In this document: piece after piece, positions 50,595 through 63,499 of the stretch
How positions within the stretch are numbered: the first letter of the stretch is position 1
How the letters are laid out: every line of letters begins with the position of its first letter
Assembly: GCA_026770705.1 (NCBI GenBank)
Contig: JANJGN010000035.1
Span: 6,944,001-7,008,000, forward strand
Length of the DNA: 64,000 nt
Source of the DNA: Isurus oxyrinchus
Taxonomy: Eukaryota
Reading direction: 5' to 3'
Program-made: the position numbers and the translations under genes
The notes under the pieces: model-generated
Databases searched by the model: none
The model's input: the letters and a program-made list of their open reading frames with translations, nothing else
What the model was told of the DNA's origin: nothing

Positions 50595-51790
50595 ATAAAC
50601 AAAAAGCTGTAAAATTCTGCAGGTCTGAAAGTATCTGCGGAGAGGAATACAGTTGACGTTTCGAGTCCGTATGGCCCTTGAACAGAACTGAGGAAATTGT
50701 TAGATGAGGTGAAATATAAGCTAGGAGAGGGGGTGGGCCAGGTAGTGCTCGATAGGGGCCAGTGATAGGTGAAGGCAAAGAAGAAATTGCCAAATTTGTC
50801 ATAGAAAAAAAGGGCAAAGGGGTGTTGACGGTGGTGACGTTTTCCAAGGAATGTGCGAAAGGTGACAGTAATGTTAGCAAGCAGGAAAAGCCAGCGGCAG
50901 ATGGCCCTAGTGCGGGTGGAATGGGGGAAGGGATTGAAATCAAACTGGTCGAAAAGGTAGAGAGAAGGCAATAGGCCGAAAATAATTTTAAAATTGGCGG
51001 GTAAATAAAAACACATTGATAAAAAGTTTAAATTGTATGAAAAAAAATTAAGGTTCGGACAGGGGGAGGGAATGGAGGAGATAGTCCATGACCTGAAATT
51101 GTTGAACTCAATATTAAGTCCAGAAAGCTGTAAAGTGCTCAGTCAGAAGATGATGTGCTGTTCCTCCAGTTTGCGTTTCGCTTCAGTTGAACATTGCAGC
51201 AGGCCAAGGGTGGATATGTGGGCATGAGAGAAGTGTGGTGAGTTGAAATGGAAAGTGACAGGAAGTTTTGAGTCATGTTTTCGGATAGACCAAAGGTGCT
51301 CCATGTAGCTGTCACCCAGTCTGCGTTTGGTCTCTCCATGGTCAGGACACCACAGTTTGAGCAGCAAATGCAGTAGATTAAATTGAGTCAAGTGCAATCG
51401 AAATGCTGCTGCCCTTGAAAGTAGTGGTTTGGCCCTTGGACGGTGAGGAGGCAGTATGTAAATGGGGAGGTTTTGCACCTTTTGCGGTTGCATGGGATGG
51501 TTCCGCGAGAGGGTGTTGAGGAGCACTGGGTCATGGACCTTGAACCAGTGTGTCATGGAGGGATTGATCCCTGCGGAATATCACCAGGGAGTGAAGGGAA
51601 GATGTGTTTGGTGGTGCATCCTGCTGGAGTTGGCGGAAATGTCGGAGGATGATCCATTGAACGCGGAGGTTGGTGGGGTGTTAAGTGAGGAAAAGGAGGA
51701 CATTATCATGGTTCTGGGAGGGAGAGGGAGGTGTGACTGCCGATGTCCTGGAGATGTGCCACCGTGGATGGAAAACCTTGGTTAAGGAAG
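50595..51790 (-). mobile_element. Penelope-like element 3' part: GIY-YIG endonuclease plus terminal repeat with hammerhead motif
   Basis: ORF 51143..51556 reads GETKRRLGDSYMEHLWSIRKHDSKLPVTFHFNSPHFSHAHISTLGLLQCSTEAKRKLEEQHIIF. Hammerhead-like fold at 50690-50650. Confidence 0.9.
50650..50690 (-). ncRNA. Degenerate minimal type I hammerhead ribozyme motif
   Basis: CAGTT-CTGTTCA-A-GGGCC-ATACG-GACTC-GAAAC-GTC-AACTG. Stem I CAGTT/AACTG is perfect and GAAAC-GTC is intact, but the CUGANGA box carries two substitutions. Confidence 0.6.
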
Positions 51791-52259
51791 AAGGAAAACT
51801 TAAATGTTAATGTTGTGTTTACTGGAACCTTTTTTTGCAGGTTTCAACAAAAAGAGAAAAGGAAGGCAATAATAGAAAAGGCTAATACTTTAGCAGGCTG
51901 TTTTGAAAAATGAGCCTGCAATTTATCGTGAGCATGACAATGAAAAATCTGCTTTTCAGTTTGAAATAATATTTTTTTTTAATTATACGGGGGGAGATTT
52001 CCAAAAATATCGCAACAAAAGTGGTATCTTTTCGTCTTGCTTGAATTTTTATTCACAGACTTATTATTCAGAAGATTATTTTCATCGAGGTAGACATGAG
52101 ATTATCATAAAGCAATTTGGCCATGAATGTTTTGTGCTGCATGTGCTAAGATATTCATTGCGATATTCAGCATATTGCAAGTTGCAATATTTTAAATGAT
52201 ACAAATGAAAATGAATCAGGCTGGTGAAGCTTTCTTTTTAGGCAGGGAGCTGCTGAGAT

Positions 52260-53200
52260 TATGTAGTTATCGGTTTTTGCTTTTACCAAATATATCTTAG
52301 TTTTATGATCTATTTGTAGTTAAAACAAGCAAAGTTTAAACGCATCAACATGGCTAACAGCAACGTAAACAAGGTGGGAGGATTTAAATATTTGAACGGT
52401 TCGAATGGAAAAGATAGACCTATAATCAGCAGTTGGGAAATAAATAAACACATTACCTAACTGAAAACAAAAGCTAAAATGGAATGATTAATGTAAATGC
52501 AACCAACTCCCCAAGTTTTTTTGGACGCAAAAAGTGAAACTGATCTTTGGAACACGAAACACCTGGGCAGAATAACACTGCACAAACTAAAGAGTCACAA
52601 CGACAGTGGATGTCCGTAGTCATTGCAGTTTGGAACTGGTAGACTTGCAGCCCACTATGAGTAACTTAAATAAAAGATAGTTGTCTAGGTGTGCCTTAAA
52701 AGAAGCTAAAATATGTATTGTGTTTTTTTAAGTAGCACATGGATTTCTGGTGAAACTTGATCTCAGTTCAAATGCTATAAGATAACAGAAGCTGGAATTT
52801 TCCCATTTTGGAACTAGTGGAAGTTCTACCGTGGTCCAGTCAAAACCATAGAGAAAAGAATGCAACCAGGAGATGAGTTTGGAAATTATGGTGATGTAAC
52901 CAGGCAGAGGTAATCACAGTCATTAGATGGGGAGAGAAATGTTTACGCCTGGTTCTTTGGAAGATGTGTTGTAACATTTGTGATAATTCTTGGAAGAAGT
53001 AAGGTGTAAAACTAAGGGCCTAGTATATGCAGCTATAAGCCATTGTGCTAACTTAGTCTCGTTTTCTTTGATTCATTTGTTCTGTATAAAATAACACTTG
53101 GGTTTTTTTTAAACAAATGTGATATTGTGCGGCGTTGTTCTATTGTTCAAAACACGGTGTTTACATTTTGCTTTAAAGGTTAATGGTCCATAACTGGATC
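52260..53200 (+). mobile_element. Possible solo LTR
   Basis: LTR-like 3' portion (ttttctttgattcatttgttctgtataaaataa..ggtccataac). No coding remnant. Confidence 0.25.
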
Positions 53201-54059
53201 TAAAACGTTAGCAAATATTTATATAATCGATTATCATTTGGGGAAAAAAATACCTTCCCTTGAGGTATAGGTGGTTAAACATTGATACTAATTAATTTAC
53301 TTATTATATCAGATTAAAAGAGCTACGTTATTTAAGTTTACAAAAGTACCATCAAGCCTGAGCACTGTCATAGACTAAAATGTGAATAGAACATTTTGAA
53401 TATTGATGGGTAGCTGGGTTGTCTGGTGGCGGTGCGGGCAAATGACATGCCTTTAGATTGCACCAGCTAAAACAAAGGTGCGAGCTTTCACAAGGAGGTA
53501 AAAATAAATACATGCACAAATTGCAAGTGCAAGTCTATCATTGAGCAGCAGAGGACAGACACATATTTGTAGGGAACAAAGACGTGGCAGGATCCTTAAA
53601 GGCATATTTTGCTTTTGGCTTCACATGAGAGGGATCCCTGAATTAAAGCACCGATGTGGCAGTTCACTTACTTCACATTCATAAATATAATGACGAACAA
53701 ATTGTTGATATTAAAATAGATGAAATAATTACAAGAGTGGTTGATGCAGAGTACATGGAGTGGCATACATGATAGAAGCATCCGGCATTGGTTTCCAGAT
53801 TTTTGTATAATATAGATCTTTCAAATAGCAAATGTAATGCATTTGTTAAATGAAGGAAAAATTGAAAATAACTGAAAAAATATGCTAGCCTTACAAAAGT
53901 GATCGTGGAAATTATATTCTTAAAATGAACTTCGAAGTGTCTGGCCACGTAGAAAATTGCAATGCCGTGAAACGGACATTACATTGTTTTTGAAATGAAA
54001 ATATTCCTTGGCAAAAAAATATTTTAGACTACTATTTGAGATTGCACATATCAGATATG

Positions 54060-54560
54060 CTAAATGGAGAGGCAGTTGCCGAAATGGATCCCAGGCGCCA
54101 TTTTACGTTGGCAAGCCCATTAAGGTGCCACATGGAGATTAGTTTAAGTTTTAAAAAAATAAATATACAAAAGAGAACAATTTAAGTCATTTTACGCTTT
54201 TGTGACAGTGTCACAGGAGCTGCGACATTTCACTCATAGTAATGAAATCATTCATTTAATTTATATGAAACTTGATCCCACCCATTGAAGAGGGTGCATA
54301 AAAAATGCAAAAGCTGTCTGGGCTTTTCGCCTGCCCGCCAACCTTAATTTTGGGCGGGCAGCTCTGTTCGTCCTGTAATTGACATTTCATCGTGCTTAAT
54401 AGGACTTTTACAATTAGTCCAGCGTGTATCCAACTCTGCTGATTGCCTGTCTGACTGAAAATCTAAATATTGCGCTGTTACGTCCAGACGTCCGGGTGAT
54501 ATTAGTGCGCATCATTTTACGCCTCGGTGAGCAGGAGCCGAAAAATGAAGTAAATGTTGG
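54060..54560. mobile_element. Non-autonomous DNA transposon (MITE-like) remnant
   Basis: GC-rich patch with a repeated gcgc..cattttacg motif (about 54095 and 54508) and a perfect 9-bp hairpin CTGCCCGCC (54331-54339) / GGCGGGCAG (54353-54361). Confidence 0.45.
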
Positions 54561-54679
54561 CTTTTGAAGAATATAAGCGCATGTTCTGTAAAATGTGGCC
54601 ACTATCCAATTACTTGATTACTTGACACGTAGAACCTTAAGAATGGTGATGTTAGACTTATGTCACTTTGGAAATCTAA

Positions 54680-55345
54680 GAACAGTTTAAGGACAAACAG
54701 GAGATGTTAGATCCAAATTTCCCATAGCCACAGTTTTGAATTCGATGGGTTGCTTTTTACGGATGTCTTTGAAGTTCCTCCCAGTTCTTTGCTGATGACA
54801 TGAGATAGTTTTTCAGAACTTTCAGTCTTTAGTTCACTGTTTGTGAAATTGCTTTTCACAGTCTATTACAGTGGTGGTCACTTTTCATTTTGACAGTGGT
54901 TTCCTCAGAGAGAGGGCGTGAGCAGGTGATGGAGGGATGAAAAAAATAGGCATTTACGTGTTTATTTTTTTGCAAGCCAGTAGCTTTGTTCGCGGCACCA
55001 TTGCTCAACAATATCTGGTAATATGGTCAGGAGCCAATTAAAATGCTGTTTTCAGGCAGCTCCCTTGATCCTGGCCTTTTTTCCGACACCATTTAGACTT
55101 TTTGGTACAGTCTATTCCATGGCTATGACATTGTACATATCCTTCAGACTGTTCCCGTAGAGATGTCTTTCAAAATGAAGCCATTTTAGTTTCTAAAGCA
55201 CCGTTCAACAGAAGTAGAGAAAACCTAAAAAAACAAATGTTCTTTACATGCCAATACCCTTAAAATAGTCGAAAGGTAATTTAAAAAGTGCCTTTGAAAA
55301 CAATGTGTGTGACACATGGACAACAGAACATGAGACGCAGATACA
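54680..55345 (-). repeat. 3' LTR of the element at 54680-60860, preceded by a PPT-like AAGAGAGAAGGATGGG (55366-55350)
   Basis: Shares gatgtctttgaa.ttcct, agtctttagtt.actgt and gcca..taaaatgctgtt.tcaggcagct with 60360-60665. Confidence 0.8.
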
Positions 55346-58300
55346 TTTACCCATCCTTCTCTCTTGAAATCTAAGCAATCTTCAGCCGTTCTTAACCATT
55401 TAATCCATTTCAGAATTTTACACGGGTACCGTGAACAATCTTTACATTCAATGTTTATCGCAATAGGCTCCAGCTATTTCCAGTTTCAACCTTTCTAAAT
55501 CAATGTCAGTGGATTATGGTCAGTGTAGGTTATTGATTATTTGATATCAATTCGGACAGAAACTGTAAAGTCTTGTAGAGAAAACAACAGTTTTCCCTAG
55601 CTTTCCCTTTTGATACCGTATACTATCTCTACCCATTATGATTCAGTTTTTTGGGAATATACACCGCTGGCTTCTCTACCACTAATTTATCATCCTGTAA
55701 TAGAACTGTACATACCGCCAAGTCCCTGGTGTGTAGTGCTATTGTAAATGTTTTGGTAAAGTCAGGGGCGGCCGAAACTGGATAATTATTGAGACTGCCT
55801 TCAGCTTATCCAAGGCAGCTTGGCAATCTGCTGACTGTATCAGTTCTGTCTGTTTTATAAACAATTTGCTTGGATGTAGAGCGATTGTGCTGAAGTTGGG
55901 CACAGACTTGCACAGGAAAGCCTCACATTCCCAAAAATCATTGCGGATCTCGTTTAGTTTTAGGGTTGCGGAATTCTATTATAGCATTCAATTTTGCTGT
56001 TCTTTTCCTACGAAATGACCTAGGAAAGTTACCTAGCTTTTGCAAGTTATTTTTTTGGTTTGATTTAAGACTAAGCATTTCAACTGCCATTGCATAAACA
56101 AGTCCACCAATTATGTTATATGTTATTGTTGTGGGTCACTATATATTACTACGTCTTCCAAATACATCACACAATTAACTGAAATGTAGCTGTGGCGCTT
56201 TTGAACCCATATTGATGCAACCCACTTGTTGTCATAATGGCGGATTTTTTTTTGGTTTAGTGTTGAATGAAAATTGCCAGTACCCGTTCCATAGATCAAT
56301 TTCGGAAAGAAATATTACATTGCCAATGAATTGAAGTCTCTTCTAAAAGAGGATTTAGGAGTGGATCTTACCTCCTTAATACATTCGCTTTCCTGTCGGG
56401 TATACAAAATGTATTGGCTATATCCAGCGTAGAAAACAATAACAGTTGTGCACTCCTGCAATTTTGGCTAGGCTAAATAAATTGATTTGCAACATATATT
56501 GTATTGAATTTATGACTGGGCCCTTTTTTTGGGCTCAATTGATAATGTTGTTCTATTGGCAGTGAAAATTCTACATCCACATCATGTTTACCCTTTGTAG
56601 CACATCCAGTTTTACCCTAAAAAATTCCATATACTTCCTAAGTAACCTTATATGATCTTCCATTGGACCTTGCTCTGAATCTGAGAACACAGTCTCTAAC
56701 GTTCTGAATATTTCCGTACTGGCTATTTGAATTGTAAAAGATTTGCGTTGGGCACTGGTTACTTCTGCTTCTACCTTGCTCTTATTGTCTCTGTCATCAT
56801 CCACTAGTGCTAGCACATGATACACTTGCTCGGTCTTATATTCTCTGCGATGATATTGCTTCAGCATGCTTATGTGAAACAAACTTCTGTTCTTCTTATG
56901 CTTAGGGGCATCTATCAGAGAAGTATTTTCAGACTTTACTGACTCTGCTACCTACATCATATGGTCCATCGGATTTCACTTTCAGTGGTTCACTCTGCGA
57001 AGACAGCAAAACCACTAATTTGTGTCCTGCTTTGAACGTTCTAGTTGTAGCATGCTTGTCTGCCCTTTCCTGCTTATTTACTTGTGATATTTTCAAATGC
57101 TCACGACGTACTTTACATGATCACGTGAGTCTTTCTAGCAACAAGGAAACGTAACCGAACATCGAGGAAACAACTTCCTAGTTTAGGAACATTGTGCTAT
57201 CCACTACTACTTGACCACTGAATTCATGATCATAAGTCAATTCAAGTGGACTACATCCATTTAGTTCATTTGAAGAATTTCTGGTAGAAACTGATAATAA
57301 ATTTAATAATTTGTCCCATTCATTTGGGCGTTCAGGGCACTAAGTCTCATTGATGCTTTTGAGTGCCCGATGGTGTCTCTGTAAAGTACACTCTGCCTGT
57401 TAATTATAGTTGATTGAATTTAATTGTTTGATACACAATTTTCTGATAATCGCCTGGGAGATTTTAGACATGAATTTAGCGCCTTGTTCAGATTGTATTT
57501 CAATTGTAAGGCCATAAGCAGTGACAAACTGAGTTAGGTTTCCACGGCCACCTTGGCTGCATTTGCGCTTAAAGAAATTGCTTCCGGAAATAAGGTATCT
57601 ATGATTCCAAGGATATACTGTTGTCCTGCTTTCCTTTTTGGTAATAGTCCTACATATTCTAATAATATCTGAATCAATCCTTCTTCAAAAGTCGATACAA
57701 ATATTAAAGGTGCTGTTTAGATTACATGTTGTTGTTTACCTATTACTTGACATGTATCACACTTTTTCCAACATTGAACTACGTCCTCTGAAGCCTTGGC
57801 TACATTAGTGCCTGTTTATCGATGCTTGTTTTTTTTCTAAATTCCAATTATATCCTGCCATTTGGATTTCATGTGCTACTAGCAATATTTCCTTATAGTG
57901 TTTGGGTGGTGCCAATATCTGATGAACACCCATCCATCCCTCATCAACAGTTCTGTAAGGGTGTCTCCACTTCCTCAACGGAAATCTGTTTTTAAAGCAA
58001 TTGCACTCCAGTATTCCATCAGCCTTAATTTCAGTGTAAGCTTACTGTGACAATTTGTTTCACTCAGGATCTAATTTCTGAGCTACATTTAAGGAAGACA
58101 TACCCAACAATTCCACTGAATTATCCACATGCTTGAATGTCATTTCGGCTACTCTATCATCTGCTCGTTGTTATACTTTGAATTCTGCTGATGCGTTTTG
58201 GTCACAACACACATTGAAAAATAACAGGAACTTGTTCTTGTAACTGATCAATCTCTTGAGACTCCCTTGGATATTATATAATCTTGGGAAAAGCTATATT

Positions 58301-59958
58301 ATGCATTCTTGCAAATCATCCCCCAGGAGTAAATCAATTCTCTCCACGGGTAGACTCTTAACCACTCCAACAACCACCAAACCAGACAACAAATCACAAT
58401 CCAATTGCACTTTGTATAATGGAACCGGAAAAAATCTCCACTTATCCCGTTTACCAATACATGAGCCTTCATTGAACTCTCTGGAGAGCAAACTCGGTGC
58501 TTCTCCAGCAAAAGAGATTGAGTAGCCCCACTGCCCCTTCAATTAGCTTGCTGCTCAGCAGCATCATTAGATGAAAAGCGTGTGTATCCACCTATTTTTT
58601 TTAGCTCCATTTTCGGACTTAAAATTCCGATCACATATAAGTCTCTTGGCCTTCCCCCGCAATTTCTAGTATTCTGAATGAATGTGTCCCATTTTAGTCC
58701 AATAGAAACAATTAGGCCTTCGAGTATCTCCTCCACTCTCAGTCCCTTCCTTCCTGATCCGTGAGATGAGCTCAAGCCATTCCTAGCCATCTTTTATTTG
58801 CCCTGGGCATATGCCTTTCTTTCACACTCCCAGTTGCTGTGATGTTCGCATTTAATGACTGATGATATAAAATACCTTTACTGTTATGGATCAGCACATT
58901 ATCGTCAGCCATCACTGCAGCTTGTCTATTATTTGCAGCCCTTTTGATTTCAAAGCAGTTTCTTATCACAGGCGGTAGGGAGTTTTAAAATTCTCCCAAG
59001 AGACTGCACTCTCTGAGAGTTTCATATGTGGCCTCCGCTCCTAATGCTCGTATCCACCTGTCAAAACTACTTGGCTTATGTCTTTCAAATTCAATGCAGG
59101 TTTGCCCAAGGTGTTTCCTTTAATTTTAATTTTCTTTCTCTGTATGCTTCAGGGACTAATTCATATCCAATCTAAATGGCATTTTTTATCACATCATGAT
59201 CACTAGAAAACTCTTCTGAAAATCAAGCATAAATCTATTGTGTTCTACCTGCCCATACTTTCTGCATGGGCATTATCAAGTTTTCCTTTGGCCAGTTCAT
59301 CGGCTGACTTTTCTTCTCAAATAAAGTAAAGGAGGCTCCCAATTTATTTTCTCAAAATTGAGAACAATTTATTTAGTTATAAACAACTCCCCATTGGGTA
59401 CTGATCTCGTTATTATTCCTGACTCAACTACTGTTCTGTCCTTTTTTTAAATGCCAGCATTTTATGCTGGTATTCACAAACTCTGTCTATGTTTTCTATT
59501 CTGACAATTTACAATTTCCTTTCTTTTTTTTATTCCTCTATCCTGCTTTGTAACTATTCCCTTTGGAGATCAAGCTTTCACTTTTCTATTTATCTTTCCT
59601 TCCCCGCTGCCTCTAGTTGAAGTTTCTTTATTTCCTTTGCTTGCTCAATTTCAAAATGAACTCTCACTATTCCCAAGTGTCAGGTTTCACTTCGATCTTC
59701 AGGTTCTCTGCTATACATTCGAATATCTATTCCTTCTTGGCTTTTGCAGACAATCATACTCTTATTTACTTCCTTTATTGATTAAAAAGTGTTTTCAAAT
59801 ACCTTGGGAAATCGACATGGACATCTCCCCTAATTGCAAGAATGATTTAGCAGTTTCCAGTGCTATCTATATATTTATATTGCAAAACTCGTCTTCGTTT
59901 TAGCTTGTATTACCTAATGAATTAATACCCAAACCGTCATTTTCTTTTGTTGCAATAT

Positions 59959-59978
59959 ATCCCGGGCCCGAGCCCCCA
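59959..59978 (-). promoter_or_regulatory. Primer-binding site complementary to tRNA-Pro
   Basis: Minus strand TGGGGGCTCGGGCCCGGGAT, 5 nt inside the LTR edge. Confidence 0.85.
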
Positions 59979-59983
59979 AACTT

Positions 59984-60860
59984 TATCACGACTCACTGGG
60001 TCAGGGTGCTGGAGGACCCAGAACCACTGTTCCCCAAAAGTGACAAATGTGACAGGTTTCAGCAGAAAGCCAGATTTCTCCAATTATACCTAACTTTTTG
60101 AGGTTAACATAATGCAAGAACCAGGTTTATAAAATTAAGAAGTGAATAACTTTTCATTGAGGAAATTGTCTTCAACCAGTGGCAAAAGAATGATCAATTG
60201 CTGAAATCTAATACTATAACTTTAACTCGTCCTCCCTATTAAATCGCTATACACACACAAACACACAGCAAAACACAAAAGACGCAAAAAAACATGAATT
60301 TTAAGGGCAATATAAAACAGTTTAACAGATCGGGACTGCATCATTCGATAGGTTGATTTTGATTGATGTCTTTGAAATTCCTTGCATTTCTTTGTAGGTG
60401 AGAAAAGGTGCTCTTCAAATGTTTTTAGTCTTTAGTTGACTGTATCAGAACGGGTTTGTCAATGTTTCGAACATTGGCTTCCCCTTTTACTTCTCAGAGT
60501 GATTTTTTCCCCCAGAATTACAGCAGTTAATAGAGGTTGAAGGAGAATATGTTTTTTTGTGTTTTTTGCTTGCAGTTCAGGAGCTTCCTTTTTTTGCAGC
60601 TGTATTACCACTAAAAATCTTGTCAGCTGGTCGGGGCCAAATAAAATGCTGTTGTCAGGCAGCTGCTTTGGAGCAGAATTTCTTTCTATTTCCGTCTTGT
60701 AATTCATGGCACTCTCTGTTCCATGATTTCAACTTCGTTTATATCACTCGTTTTGTTCCAGTAGATGTATCTTTCAAACTCTAGCTATTGTTGCTTTAAA
60801 ACAGATTTCATCAGAAATGGAGAACATGATGTTAAACAAAAGATACGTTCTTTGCAATAT
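59984..60860 (-). repeat. 5' LTR of the element at 54680-60860
   Basis: Begins tatcacgactcactggg, the same terminus as the 43796 and 48419 LTRs. Aligns with 54680-55260. Confidence 0.8.
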
Positions 60861-61508
60861 TAACTGGATAATGCACAATGCATGTTACTGCTTAGCTTGA
60901 AGGTTCAATAATATTGACTTGCAACTTAATTTTGTAATTCTGGTGTTGGAGGCATTGATTTGGGGAGTGGAAAGAGCCCATTGTTTATACGCGTCCATAA
61001 TTTGTACTGCACACAAGCTTACCAATGAAGAACTCTCCTAATTTTTTTTTGGATTGCCTTCGGTCTACCATGCCACCTAGTGAAGCTAAGTTAATATGCA
61101 TACTTCATAGAAAAAAAAACACATAAGTGAAATTCGTGGAACAGTGAGTAGAATTTAGCAAACACATTGTGAACACAGACATTTTTACGAGTCTGGATCA
61201 GTAGGCTGACACTTACAGTTCAGATATTTTAATATAACCATAATATATATAAAGGACTATTGTGTGATTCCTCCACAGACACTCGCCAAAGCCTTGATTA
61301 GATTAATCCACAGGCTGAACCAATATATCGCTAAAATCATAATCTTGCATGGCCAGCACAGACGTATACTTTGCTGACAGTGAAATGTGAGGATGCCCGG
61401 GCATACTCTACTGACATTTTAATTAATTTTAAATGCTTCAGATTTCCATAGGAATCTGGGGTGCATTCGCCTGTGGGGAATGAATGGGCAACTGTCAGTC
61501 CCAGAGGT

Positions 61509-63400
61509 TGTCACGATGCCAGGCATTGTAAATACTTGACAAGGCTGTTGCCAAGGTGAATCCTGGTTTGATAGGTCATGCTATTTTCTTTTAGAAACTG
61601 TTAAAGAAGTTCACAGAACAAATTCACAGGAGTTCTTTGTCGAAAGTTTATCATAAAGGAAATTTTTTTTATTAAAGAAGCAGAAGGAATAATACTACAA
61701 AAGAAAATAGAGTTGGAGTGATATCACTCCAGAGACAAAAAGATGCTTCAAATTAACAGAATTATTTAACCACAGCAATATCTCTACAGATGATAAATCT
61801 TGTGAAGAATTAAAACAAGCTTGACACAAAGCCACCTCGCTTAGGAATGGAACTGTTTAAACAGTTTTCTTCCGGAGTTTTCCTCAGCATTCAATGTAGG
61901 CTTCACACCAAAATCGTTTCTCTCCCCCAAATGTCCAACCCCGCTCCCCCCAAAAAAATCACTATAATCTCATTGTTTGCTCAACTATCGAGAAAACAAT
62001 TATGTTTCCTTAAGTAAGCAACCCTGTAGCAACTATTCTACACTGATCAGTTTATTGAATATTATAAATGACTATTCAGGGAACTACTGCCCCATAAGCC
62101 TGGTAGTCTTTCTTATCAGAAACCACAGATTTGCAGTCATATCTCGCTCACACGCACTAAACTCTCGTTACTTTTATTTTTCTCTGTGATCCTGTCCTTG
62201 CACAGCTTTCTTTGGCAACAGCAATGTTTTATTTTTGTGCTTTGTATACACATATATTTTTTCTCGGGGATCGCTAAACCTGCAAACATTTTAACCAAAC
62301 TCTTTGAATTTATTTGTTGTAAAAGCCCACTAAAATGAGCAACCAAATGAACACTTGAACAACCAAACCTAAGAGAACTGAACTTTTAGGCTGGAGTATG
62401 TTCCCGAAACCCAAGCGCCAAGTCTCACAATCAAAATGCGTGGAACTGAAACTATTCCACGATTTTTAGCAGGCAAATGAAAATTTGATGTATGCATGTA
62501 TAAAAATGTATGCATTGTTCATAATAGTGCAAACACAAGCTTCTGCTAACCATGGATTTGATATTGTCATCACTTCACACCTCTGCTAGAGACAATGCCA
62601 TGTGATTCATCCCCTTCACATCCGGTGTTGAATTTCTCATTCCCTTTGAAAAGTTCCAGGAGAATGATTAATGAGATGCACAACTTTTTCGAAAGGTTCT
62701 TCTGCTTGTAATCATCCATAACAACAATATTTTGCCCAATTATTATTGTTGTTACTTAGTGGCAATTGCACTTTTTTGTTTCAGATTGTCAGCACCGGGT
62801 GTTGGATGGTGTGGATTGTCCAATGCCCCACAATGACAATTGGTTCCCTTTTGATACATATTAAAAAAAAGTTCTCAGATCGACAGCATTAAGATATTCG
62901 CACAAGTATTACCCATATTAATGACTATTACCAAATTCCATGTTCATCATCCCTTGTAACTGAATTACGAAAAAAAAAAGAGTTCTGCACTAATGTTATA
63001 CAAGGTGCCGTTGCACAGTCGACTAAAATAAAACCGAACGGGGTTCACAAAATACTTATTGTGTTCTGCTGCATTCTTTCTTACATATATTTACTTTAGA
63101 TGGTGTATTCATAGTGCACCTTTAATCGTTCCAAGGAGCGCATCAGGTTACATCACCCAAGACATATTTCATTGCCCCCATGCCGTACAGTTCACAAACT
63201 ACATCTCGTGGCCGAGTTATTCAATTTCCTGTGCAGTAATTTAAAATCACCATCCATAGGAAAACGCTAAGGGGTCACCATTTTCCCTTTCTATCAAAAT
63301 TTAACACGAATCAAACAGCCCAATCATGGCTAATGTCAATTCTGACCTGATGTTTCGACATTTAGTGAGCTAATCACATTTTTCGCATTTTGCTTCAGTG
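61509..63400 (-). mobile_element. Highly decayed Gypsy RT/RNase H plus 3' LTR remnant
   Basis: LTR-like TGTCACGA start at 61509; PPT-like GGGGGGAGCGGGG on the minus strand at about 61951-61939; remnants NGD..RFPMDGDFKL, IKSMVSRSLCLHYY, LGFGNILQ and PEKKYMCI. Confidence 0.5.
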
Positions 63401-63499
63401 ATAAATGTAATAATGAAGATTCCATTTGCAAATATGAACAATTGCAATTATTGGAATGTGATGTCTGGCAGCAAATAAAACTGAGGGCCACGCTAAACA

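Larger units (their letters stand above)
54680..60860 (-). mobile_element. Near full-length Gmr1-like Gypsy LTR retrotransposon (gag-PR-IN-RT-RH), decayed
   Basis: Gag YELVPEAYRE..FDRWIRALG..GEF*NSLPPVIR (59200-58960); protease region 58540-58300; IN AHEIQMAG, CDTCQVIGK, EIQSEQGAKFMS and GPY (57900-56950); RT EIDLWNGYWQ and YLEDVVIYS (56310-56135); RH APDFTKTFTIALHTRD and YTDHNPL (55780-55510). LTRs at about 54680-55345 and 59984-60860. Confidence 0.92.
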
